22,591 bases of DNA, taken from positions 1 to 22,591 of the forward strand of contig JAJHRB010000022.1 of NCBI GenBank assembly GCA_020833025.1, written 5' to 3'. Below, piece by piece: positions 1 through 8,543 of the stretch (position 1 is its first letter; each line of letters begins with the position of its first letter). Under the pieces are notes generated by a model, which saw only the letters and a program-made list of their open reading frames with translations, did not search any database and was not told where the DNA came from. The position numbers and the translations under genes are program-made. The stretch is from Thermoproteaceae archaeon (GTDB lineage Archaea > Thermoproteota > Thermoprotei > Thermoproteales > Thermoproteaceae).

Positions 1-3000
1 GAGAGGAGAGTGTACCACGTCCTGCAGCTCTACAGGGCACGGCCGGGCCCTGTCCGCGCCGCCTACGGCTTCTGGTGGCTCGGGGGCGGCGTGCCGAGAA
101 TCGCGCCGCGCGGCGAGAGCCTGCCGGACGCTATTGGCGGGAGCGCGAATGAGAGCGGCATCGGCTACACGCGGCTTCTCGAGGGCGCAGAGCACAACTT
201 TTACTGCGCTGCAGAGGTCTTGCCTGCGTCCGAGCCTGACTGGCGCGTCGTGCAGCATGCCGAGCGCAACCTGACGGCGCTGCTAGTAGACGATTACCTC
301 AACCGAGCAATCCTGCATAACTACACCAGGGCGTACCTCTCCCTCTACGGCGCAGGTGGCGCCTTCGCGCGCTCACAGGATCCTGTGCTGGAGGGGATCG
401 CGCGAACCGCGCGCGAGCTGCTAGACGCGCTTGAGAGAGCGCCGGACTCCCTGCCGATTTACTACACGGCCCCGACCTCCTACCAGGGCAGGAATGTTAT
501 CTTTGCGTGCGTGTCTTACGACTGGCAGGGTGCCGTGAGGGTTAACGGCTCGCTGGCTCTCACGCCAGCGAGGGAGTGGTGGGCGGCGCGGTACCCCGTG
601 GGGGACAGCCGCGTTGCGAGGCAGTACCGCGAGCTGGCAAGGGCCTACAGGCTCGCGCTCGCTAGCCCGCCGCCACCGCCGCCGGCAGAGCTAGGGCCGC
701 TGATTGGCACTAGGTGGGATATCCCGTGGGACAACCGCTCGCTGCCCTACCGGCCCCACTACCACCCTGGCATGAGAATGCCGCCGCGGGACAACAGAAC
801 CGGCGTGCCTCCCTGGGACGCCTCGCGCCTAACAAGCGCGCTTGCCGCTACGGCCGGCGTGGGCGCCAACGTACTTCACGTGCTCTTCATCTCGACTCTC
901 GCTACTGCTGCGGTCTTCGAGTTCATGGCGCTGCTTTTTGAATTTCCATCGCCGCTCCGATTCTTGTACTGCCTGACGACTAGGGTGATTCAGGAGTGGA
1001 CCTACTGGCTGCCCTTCAGGCTTTTCGTGCGCGCGCGTTTGCTCGCCCGCGTGTGGAGGGCCGTGAGGGCCCCGGCTCTGAGGCTTGCCGCCAGGGCCGC
1101 CGCGAGGGTGCATGCATTCCTTGCATCGCGGTCGCCAGGTCTCGCTCGCGTGCGCAGCGCGGCGCTTGGGCTGTACTTCAAGAGGCGCGTGCGCATTACT
1201 GGAGACCCCTCCGAGGCACTGCGCAAGGAAGTTCGCAGGAAGCTTCGAGAGGATGTGCTGAGGCGCATTAGCCATGCCCTCGAGAGAGCTGACTGGTACT
1301 GCGAGCTGCTGAAGTCGCGCGAGGAGGGAGGGCGCCGCCGCGCCGAGCTCGCGAGGCGCGCACGCGCGGCGCTGGGCGCGCGCGACGCCGTCGGCCTGGC
1401 GCGCGCGATTTTCGCGGGGCTCGACAAGAGACTCCGGGAGTTTGTCGAGTCGCGCAGGCACTCGCTCAGTTACTACCTCTTCTGGTGGAGACTTGACAGA
1501 TTGGGCCCTCTCGAAAGGGCATTTGCGCGATTGACACCAGCGGCGGTCCTGCGAGACTACCACGCAGGGAGGATAAGCGAGAGGGAGGCAGAAGAGCTGG
1601 CAAATCTCTACGAGCTTCTGAGAGCCCGCCTCGCCGAGGCGAGCGCCGGGGCGCTGAGGAAAGCCGCGGCGGGCCCCCGCGACGCGTACTGGACGCTCCG
1701 CGAAGCCGCGAGGAGGGCCTCGGAGCGCGGCCTCAAGGCCCTCGGGCAGTTCGCCCGCGAGCTCTTGAGAAGGGCCGACGACGTGAGGGCGCCCAACGCT
1801 GCCGTCAGGAGGCAAGCCGTGAGGGAGCTGGCAGGCCTCCTGAGGAGTGCCATTGCAGAGCTCTCCAAAGTCGACGCGGCTGCCCGCGCGAGAATAGTAA
1901 GCTCATTGAATGAGGCGCTCAGAGAGCGCGCCGAGAAAATACCGCGGCTCCCGCGCAGGGCCCCGCCGGAAGAGATAGTAGAGAGGCTGGCGGCCCTCGG
2001 CCGGAAGCTGGCGGCGGAAATAATGACGAGGTCTCTGGAGATGCTGAGGGCCCACTACGAGGTTGCCCCTGCAGTGCCTGACGCCAAGAGCGTTATCGCC
2101 GAGATCATCAGGGAGAGGGTGGCCGAGATGATTCCGACGCTCAAACTGGCAGGGCTTGCCCGCGGTATCGTCCTGGGCGCGCGGAATGTGAGAGAGGGCG
2201 AGCTGGCGCTGAGGGCGTGGTCCCACGCGCCGAGCCTTAGCCGCGTTGAGGAGGCGCCGTGGGAGGCGGTGGCTTATCGCTACAGCGAATTCAGATCCCA
2301 CGAGAGACTTGATGTAAGGCGGCTCGTCAAAATAGGGCCCGACGTCGTGCTGGCGTCAAAACGCGTCGAGTACCTCGCGCGCCCGCGCGTTGACGAGAGA
2401 GCGCTTAATGCCCTGCAGAAGGCAGTTGAGTACAGGCGCTTGCTAGACGCTGGGGCCGTTAGCGAGGCCGAGAGGCTTAAGCGCGAGGTTCTTAGGGAGA
2501 CCTGGGAGATCACCAGAGAGTTCTCAGAGAGCGTGGCGCAGACCCTCAACGCGCTGGAAGGACGGCGCGCTAGAGGAAATGCGCCGGAAATGGAGGAAGT
2601 AGCCAGGGCGTTTGAAGCATCGCTCGGAGACGCCCTCAGGGCGCCTCTTGATAAGCGCTCTGAAGCGTTCGCAGAACTGCTCCTGAGCCGCGCAGAGGAA
2701 ATAGCGAGACGCTACGAGCTCTTCGGTGCTGAGCAGGAGGCAGAGCGCGTGAGGAGGGTGACAGAGGAGCTGCTGCAGGTCATGAAAAAGGCAGGCTGGA
2801 GCGCTCCAGAGGAAGTGAAGGGGGTCAAGCTTGGCGAGAGCTTGGGAGAGGAGCTCGACGCGCTGGAGAGCCTGCGCCGCGAGCTTCTCGAGTGCGCAAG
2901 CGCGAAGAGGGGGTGCGAGATCGCTGGCAGGGCGCTGCAGCTCGCGAAATCTCTAGCCGGCAAGTATGGGCTTAAAGTGCCCGAGCCGCTCCCAGAGCCT

Positions 3001-6000
3001 GCCGGCAGGAGGCAGTTACTCAGAGCACTGCGGGATGTCGACAAGGCGCTCGAGCTCCTTAGCTCATTGCGCGACCTCGTAACATTCGCCGAGAGGCCAG
3101 CGCTCAATGCCGACTTGGCGCGACTGCTGCGGGCGGCCAGGCTGCTCGGGCTCGAGCAGACTGCGAGATTTCTGAGGGCCCTTGCTGAGGCTAGAGCTGC
3201 GCTCTGGCGCCGGGGCGCTCCGCCGCGCGGTCACCGGCAGTGGGAGCCCCTGGCGCTGGCACGCCGCGCGCGCCTCAGGGCGCTGATACGGGCGCCACTC
3301 TACAGCTATGTAATTGACGCGCTGGGGGAGTACGTCCTTAAATGCGTGTACACCAGGTGGCACGCAATTTTCGCCGAGTACGGGAAGTACATAGCCACCG
3401 CGTTCGACCACGCGAGGAGCAGCCCCGTGCGCGCGGCGGCGCCTGTATCGCTCAGGGGCTTCAGCTACGTCTCGGCAGTCATGAGGTGGCTCGGCGGTTT
3501 GAGCGACGACGCAGTCGCCGGAGGGCTGAGGGCGTACTACAGCGCCGACGGGAGGCCATTCAGGGAGCTCGCGAGGTTTACGCTGCTCGGCGCCAGGGCC
3601 GTGCTATTCGAGAGAGCTGCCGACGCGATTAAACGCGCGCTGGGAGGCGAGAAGGCGGAGCTGACTGCCGCCATTTTAAGGGCAAGGGCAGCGCTTGAGG
3701 AGCTCAAGCTCGCCCAGCTGTACCTAAACAGCGTCAGGAGGCGCGCCGAGGAGCTGCTCCGGGCGGCTGAGCTGATCTCCGACGAGGAGAAGGCGGCTAG
3801 ACTCAGGGGGGAGGCCGAGAGCGCCATCTCCAGGGCCGAGCGCGTTGTCGGGAGGATAACGGGCAGCGCGAGGGCGCGGTACGCGGAGAGCCTCCGCGCT
3901 GCAATGAGACATCTCTCCGACAGCCCGCTCACGGCGAGAATCGGGCACGCGCTCTACGGGCTGACCGCCCGCGCGTTTGTGGGAGACCCCGAGGAGGTTG
4001 CGACGAGAATGATCAAGTTCCTCGACGCGAGACGCCTTGCAGCGTGGGTAGACAAGCTCGTCCTTGATAAGGAGCTGGGAGAGCTGGCGGTGAGAATTGT
4101 AGAGGCCGAGAGACTGCTCCGCGGGCTCGAGAGGGCGCTCGGCAAGGGCGCGCAGGCGGCGGACTACGCCCCGGCGGTCGGCGCGTTGTCGTGCCTGGAG
4201 CGCTGCGAGCTCCCGGAGGTTAAAACAAGCGCTGTGGAGAGGGCCGTTGTCAGCGCGGTTAGGGATATTATCAAGCACTACGAGGGCGTGCTCCGCGAGC
4301 GCGCCATCAGGGCCGCGCCGTATTTGGCCATCGCCAGAGGGGATGCCAGATTTGCGAGCGGGCCGTTGGCAAGAGCCGCCGAGGCCCTGAGGCTTGCCGC
4401 GCGCGCCGGGAGCACGCCTGAGGCCTCCAGCGCGCTGCGGAGGGCAAGAGATGCGCTTAGGAAGCTCGGGATAGAGGTCGAGGGGGAGAGCCCGGCCGGT
4501 ATTGTCGGCGCTGTGGAGAGGGCCTTCAGGCAGGCATATGAAGACTACGTCGCCGCGGTGAGGGAGTTCGCGCACGCCATTAATGCACTCGCGGGATTTT
4601 CGTCTGAAGCCGCATTGGAGCTATACAGAGCGGCGAGGGCGTGCAGCCGCGACGCTGTCGGCAGGCTCGTCGCCGCGAGGCTCGCGGAGACTGCCAAGCG
4701 CGCGCTGCGCGAGTACGCGCCGCTGTGGAGGAGAGGCCTCGAAGGGCGCTGGGGCTCCCTGCCGCGCGAGATCAAAGAGCTCGTGGCCAGAAAGGAGCGG
4801 GAGGCAGTCGCAGCGCTGGCGCGCCGCGTGCTTAAGAGCGCTGGCATTCACGTGACTGCAGGCGATCTCGAGGGAGTGGCGGAGGCGCTCAGGAAGGCGC
4901 TCACGCCTGGCCCCCTCGACCCGCTCGCGGACAGAGTGCGAGCCCGGGTCGAGGACTTCACTGCGGCAGTCGAGCGCTTTGCGCGCGGAGAGGCAGGTGC
5001 GAGTGAGGTGAGAGGCGCTATTAAAGCGCTATTGAGAGAGCTCGGGAGCGCTATAGCAAGGCACGCTACCGCGGCGCGCCTTGAAGATGTGGTAAGACAG
5101 GCGCGCAGAGCTCTGCGAGCGTCTCTGAGGCGCGCCGCGGTAAGACTGGAGGGGAGGGTGCTAGCCATGGCATTCCTTCTGCACGTCGCGGAGATGCCCA
5201 GAGAGCTTGCCGCGTCGTTTGGCGATCTGCTCGCGAGAGGCAGAAATGCATTAAGGCCGTGGGTTGCGTACGAGACCGAGAGCTGGCGTCTCGCAAGACT
5301 GGCAGGCTCGCTTGGTATGAGCGTCATCCGCGCGAGAGCGCCCAGCAGGTTCGATGAGCGGGGCGCTCCCCTGGGCTCCTGGAAGTTTGTATACATCATA
5401 GTGCCGAGAGGCTTTGACTTGCCGGCTGTGGAGCGCGAGCTGCTGCGGCACGTCTACTCACAGCCCGGCGGCATTGCTCACATAGAGCCGGGGCACTGGC
5501 CAGTGCCGGAGTCTTTCATCTGGCACGTGCTGAAGGGCCTGAACCCCGTCAGGACCAGGACGGGCATAATAGTGGTCGCCCCGCAGGAGCGCCCTCTCAC
5601 GAGGGCGCTCTCTGAGTTCGAGCAGAGGCTGAGGGCGCTTGATAGCAGCGGGGCGCGCGAGATAGTAATGCGGCTGCTGGAGCTCGGGGAGCGCGCGCCC
5701 GACACCGCTCTCCGCATTTTATGGCACGAGGACCCCTCAGGTGCCCTGAGTGCCCTTCGCTTTGTCTCCGGCAGATACGGCGAGCCCCTGGAGCGCGCGT
5801 GGGAGAGAAGGGATGAGGTATTCCTCACGTGGCTCGCGTTTAGACTTGCCGGCGTGTTTGAGCGATTTCTCGCCAGCGGCGCTGGCAGAGGTCTCGGCAG
5901 GGAAGAGCTGCTGAGGGTTGCAGACCTCAGCTGGCTGCCGAACAAGCTCGCGGGTCCCTTCGCCCTGAGGCTTCTGGGAGACTCCGGGGGCCTGCGGACG

Positions 6001-6687
6001 TTTGCGGACATGTGGAGAGCGGCCGTGGCAGCGAGATTCGGCGAATTGGCGCCGAGATACGCGCCAGAGAGCGAGCGAGCCGCGAGAAGGACTATTGAAT
6101 TATTTTGCGCATTCACCGGGGCGCAGATCCACTACGAGGATACACTCAGCGCCGCCATGCCGCCAAGACGGCGCCCGGAGACTCGGTCGGAGATGAAGAC
6201 GGGGATGAAGACTACGCCGCGAACTCTTATGGCTCCTACTCCTGATGTAATACCGAGCTACGCGCCAGACCCCATTGAGTACCTAATTGCGCGCTTTGGC
6301 GCTGTCGCGCGCGGAGATATGGCGGAGAGGGCTAGAGAGCGCGCTCTCGCGGAAATCAAGTCGAGAGTGGAGCGAGTCGCCTTGAGAGATCCAGTGCTTG
6401 CCGCCATTTATGCCAGGCTTGCGGATTACGTCCTGGACAAATTCGGCAGACTCGTAGTATCGCGGGAGGCCGCCAGGCACGCGAGGGACGCGCTGCTGTA
6501 CTATTTCGAGGGATATCTGACAAGGGATGGCGCAAGACTTGCAGAGCGCATCGAGGATCGCCTGGCTGAGATTATTGCCGAGGCTGAGTCTGCTGGAATT
6601 CGCAATGCAGAGCGCCAAATTAAGCAGTGGGTCGTAGAATTGCTAGGCGTAATCTCAATGGCGGCCGAGGAGGCCGCAGGCGGCTGA
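1..6687 (+). CDS. Giant (>2225 aa) hypothetical protein, 5'-truncated by the window edge; probable single-pass membrane protein with a very long alpha-helical Ala/Arg/Leu/Glu-rich region
   Basis: Frame +1 is open from base 1 (GAG AGG AGA GTG...) to TGA at 6685-6687, so the GTG at 10 is probably not the true start. An uninterrupted 6.7 kb frame. Hydrophobic stretch at nt 841-945. No recognisable catalytic motif. Confidence 0.85.
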   Translation, partial: ERRVYHVLQLYRARPGPVRAAYGFWWLGGGVPRIAPRGESLPDAIGGSANESGIGYTRLLEGAEHNFYCAAEVLPASEPDWRVVQHAERNLTALLVDDYLNRAILHNYTRAYLSLYGAGGAFARSQDPVLEGIARTARELLDALERAPDSLPIYYTAPTSYQGRNVIFACVSYDWQGAVRVNGSLALTPAREWWAARYPVGDSRVARQYRELARAYRLALASPPPPPPAELGPLIGTRWDIPWDNRSLPYRPHYHPGMRMPPRDNRTGVPPWDASRLTSALAATAGVGANVLHVLFISTLATAAVFEFMALLFEFPSPLRFLYCLTTRVIQEWTYWLPFRLFVRARLLARVWRAVRAPALRLAARAAARVHAFLASRSPGLARVRSAALGLYFKRRVRITGDPSEALRKEVRRKLREDVLRRISHALERADWYCELLKSREEGGRRRAELARRARAALGARDAVGLARAIFAGLDKRLREFVESRRHSLSYYLFWWRLDRLGPLERAFARLTPAAVLRDYHAGRISEREAEELANLYELLRARLAEASAGALRKAAAGPRDAYWTLREAARRASERGLKALGQFARELLRRADDVRAPNAAVRRQAVRELAGLLRSAIAELSKVDAAARARIVSSLNEALRERAEKIPRLPRRAPPEEIVERLAALGRKLAAEIMTRSLEMLRAHYEVAPAVPDAKSVIAEIIRERVAEMIPTLKLAGLARGIVLGARNVREGELALRAWSHAPSLSRVEEAPWEAVAYRYSEFRSHERLDVRRLVKIGPDVVLASKRVEYLARPRVDERALNALQKAVEYRRLLDAGAVSEAERLKREVLRETWEITREFSESVAQTLNALEGRRARGNAPEMEEVARAFEASLGDALRAPLDKRSEAFAELLLSRAEEIARRYELFGAEQEAERVRRVTEELLQVMKKAGWSAPEEVKGVKLGESLGEELDALESLRRELLECASAKRGCEIAGRALQLAKSLAGKYGLKVPEPLPEPAGRRQLLRALRDVDKALELLSSLRDLVTFAERPALNADLARLLRAARLLGLEQTARFLRALAEARAALWRRGAPPRGHRQWEPLALARRARLRALIRAPLYSYVIDALGEYVLKCVYTRWHAIFAEYGKYIATAFDHARSSPVRAAAPVSLRGFSYVSAVMRWLGGLSDDAVAGGLRAYYSADGRPFRELARFTLLGARAVLFERAADAIKRALGGEKAELTAAILRARAALEELKLAQLYLNSVRRRAEELLRAAELISDEEKAARLRGEAESAISRAERVVGRITGSARARYAESLRAAMRHLSDSPLTARIGHALYGLTARAFVGDPEEVATRMIKFLDARRLAAWVDKLVLDKELGELAVRIVEAERLLRGLERALGKGAQAADYAPAVGALSCLERCELPEVKTSAVERAVVSAVRDIIKHYEGVLRERAIRAAPYLAIARGDARFASGPLARAAEALRLAARAGSTPEASSALRRARDALRKLGIEVEGESPAGIVGAVERAFRQAYEDYVAAVREFAHAINALAGFSSEAALELYRAARACSRDAVGRLVAARLAETAKRALREYAPLWRRGLEGRWGSLPREIKELVARKEREAVAALARRVLKSAGIHVTAGDLEGVAEALRKALTPGPLDPLADRVRARVEDFTAAVERFARGEAGASEVRGAIKALLRELGSAIARHATAARLEDVVRQARRALRASLRRAAVRLEGRVLAMAFLLHVAEMPRELAASFGDLLARGRNALRPWVAYETESWRLARLAGSLGMSVIRARAPSRFDERGAPLGSWKFVYIIVPRGFDLPAVERELLRHVYSQPGGIAHIEPGHWPVPESFIWHVLKGLNPVRTRTGIIVVAPQERPLTRALSEFEQRLRALDSSGAREIVMRLLELGERAPDTALRILWHEDPSGALSALRFVSGRYGEPLERAWERRDEVFLTWLAFRLAGVFERFLASGAGRGLGREELLRVADLSWLPNKLAGPFALRLLGDSGGLRTFADMWRAAVAARFGELAPRYAPESERAARRTIELFCAFTGAQIHYEDTLSAAMPPRRRPETRSEMKTGMKTTPRTLMAPTPDVIPSYAPDPIEYLIARFGAVARGDMAERARERALAEIKSRVERVALRDPVLAAIYARLADYVLDKFGRLVVSREAARHARDALLYYFEGYLTRDGARLAERIEDRLAEIIAEAESAGIRNAERQIKQWVVELLGVISMAAEEAAGG

Positions 6688-6747
6688 GCGCAGGCCTGCT
6701 GGCTGGGCAGGGATCGCGTGAAGAGCATACCCCGAACTAGCCGCCAG

Positions 6748-6754
6748 TTTAATA
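6748..6754 (+). promoter_or_regulatory. TATA-like box (TTTAATA) for the small gene starting at 6775
   Basis: Lies -27 to -21 from an in-frame GTG at 6775, the same spacing as other leaderless genes in the window. Confidence 0.55.
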
Positions 6755-6774
6755 TTGGGAGCATTGCATACTAC

Positions 6775-7029
6775 GTGGATCTACACGTCATTGCGAGACT
6801 CGTTTCCGCGAGAGTCAACGACACGCCGGCGGATCTTGATGAGATTCTCGAGTCGCTCGGGATCGAGATGTCGTGGAGCGACAAAATGGCCTTACTGCAA
6901 CAATTAGATGGCGTTGAGGCTGTCTACCACGCCGTGCGGGGCAAGATCCTGGTCAGGAGAGTTGTAAGGGGTGGGGCAAGCTCGGGAGCGGAGGCGGCCG
7001 GCGCCTCCGCTTTACCCCGGCAGGCCTAA
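6775..7029 (+). CDS. Small hypothetical protein (84 aa from GTG 6775; ORF track starts at 6718)
   Basis: Protein-like core MDLHVIARLVSARV...DLDEILESLGIEMSWSDKMALLQQLDGVEAVYHAVRGKILVRR. Start reassigned from the TATA spacing. Confidence 0.7.
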   Translation: MDLHVIARLVSARVNDTPADLDEILESLGIEMSWSDKMALLQQLDGVEAVYHAVRGKILVRRVVRGGASSGAEAAGASALPRQA

Positions 7030-7174
7030 CTCCTGCAGCCTGCACTGACCTCCGGCTGTTGCGCTCAAGCGCGCCTTACATGCCGACGGCGCTAGGCAGG
7101 TGCCGGCACGAGGGGTAGCTGCGTGCCGAGAGTTCCGGCGGGCTCCGGCGCCTCGACTATAAATTGCCGCGTAT

Positions 7175-7516
7175 CTATGTAATTACTATCTGCTTTTTGT
7201 GAAATCTTGCAACTGGTATCCCGCGCCTCCTAGCCTCCCTGCAGATCTCCGAGTCGCCGGCAAGCACTGCTGCGTTTAACTCTCTCGCCGCCTCCAAGAC
7301 CGCGAGATCGGCAGGACCCCCCCTCTCGTAAATTCTCGGCCTGAGCTGCGGGAGCAGCCTGAGCGCCAGTCCGGCCTTCCTATTCTTCGCGGCGAGCGCT
7401 CGGAGCTCCTCAAGAACTGCTGTTGGCACGTAAATCTCGTGCCCGAGGAGCTGCAGCACGTCAATTTTCATTTCAACTATGTAAATTATTGCAGACGTGT
7501 CCAGAACGATTCTCAC
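7175..7516 (-). CDS. PIN-domain ribonuclease (Fcf1/Utp24-like or VapC-like)
   Basis: N-terminal IVLDTS, VLEEL, ADLAVL and AGD supply the acidic PIN active-site residues. 113 aa. The GTG start overlaps the upstream TGA (GTGA at 7513-7516). Confidence 0.88.
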   Translation of the reverse strand: MRIVLDTSAIIYIVEMKIDVLQLLGHEIYVPTAVLEELRALAAKNRKAGLALRLLPQLRPRIYERGGPADLAVLEAARELNAAVLAGDSEICREARRRGIPVARFHKKQIVIT

Positions 7517-8543
7517 AATGCCACTGCGCTCATGCCGAGCCTCTCAGCCGCTCTCGCGAAGCCCTCCTCCTTGGCCGACACCACAACCTGAAGCCCGCGC
7601 CTGCGCGCCAGATCGGCTATGGTAGAGAGGAGGTCCTCTGCCTTGCACGCTGGCACTGCCAGATCCACGTCGTCGACAAACACAATCGCCAGCAGGACCT
7701 GAAGCAGCACGGGCAGCACTGCCTTAGTGTAGCTGCCCGCGTTGTAAATATTTGTCCACAAGCCTCCTGTTTTAACGTACACTGCAATTCTCCCGCTCCT
7801 CACGAGCCCCACCCTAATGTCCTCGATCTCTGCTAGCTTGAGGCACTCGCGCAGCGCACTCCTGCTGGTCTCGAATGCAGGATGTGTCAGGATTCTGGAA
7901 AGGTGGTGCGCGATAAACTGGCCCTCCGTGCCTATTCCCGTCTCCGGCATTAAGTCTACGTGAGTCTCGTAAGTGTACTTCCATGCCGACAGTCTTCTGC
8001 CGCTAATGTAGTAAAACTTGTCCTTCAGCTTGAGTCTCAACTTCAGCAGCACTCTCTCTGCAAGCTTTACCTTGCTGTCGCTCACTGGCTCGCACGTAAT
8101 TAGCAGGTCCTCATTCATAATGGCGTATGGCGCCGTGCGGAGTCTTGCGTGCAGCGGGTGCGTGATGATGCCCCCGTCCCCTCCCTCTTGACCCGAATGA
8201 GCGTCTCGCCATTCAGGCCCACCCACTGCTCCACGTAGCCCGTGCCGGCCGCGTACTTGTAGCCGTAGTTGACACTGCCGATGTCTAACTCAATGCCGAG
8301 CTCCACGGCGAATGGAATCTCGAGATTCCCGCCGTAGTGCAGGTCCTCTGGCTCGTGGACTATGAGATGCGGGCCCTCCAGCGCCAGCCAGTACTCGCCC
8401 CGGCTCTGCATCAGCAGCGCTACAGTCTCCATTACTGTTGTCTTTCCGGAGTTCGGCGGCCCGTGTATTACTGTCTGTCTCTCGAGACTCACGCACTTGT
8501 GTTTAAACGCGCGGAAGTGCTCAAGGCACACGCGCCTTATCAT
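7513..8543 (-). CDS. ABC/SMC-superfamily (AAA_15/AAA_21-like) ATPase, interrupted by an apparent 1-nt frameshift near 8171-8181 (about 343 aa if joined)
   Basis: The N-part (ORF 8115..8543) begins MIRRVCLEHFRAFK and has Walker A GPPNSGKT (8439-8462). The C-part (ORF 7513..8226) has Walker-B-like IVFVDDVD and a terminal LQVVVSAK strand. Adding one G to a G-run joins ...IRVKREG to (D/T)GGIITHP... Confidence 0.75.

Noticed and set aside
6192-6212. Short tandem GATGAAGAC duplication (MKTGMKT)
   Set aside because: Only two copies inside a low-complexity linker; not an array.
829-6618. Long antisense and alternate-frame ORFs over the giant gene (e.g. 829..1815, 3724..4575, 5478..6116)
   Set aside because: Shadow ORFs expected in GC-rich coding DNA; low-complexity Ser/Arg/Pro translations with no motifs.
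6955-7029. Possible frameshift hiding an earlier stop (TAA at 6965-6967) in the small protein
   Set aside because: No evidence without orthologues; the frame is open as given.
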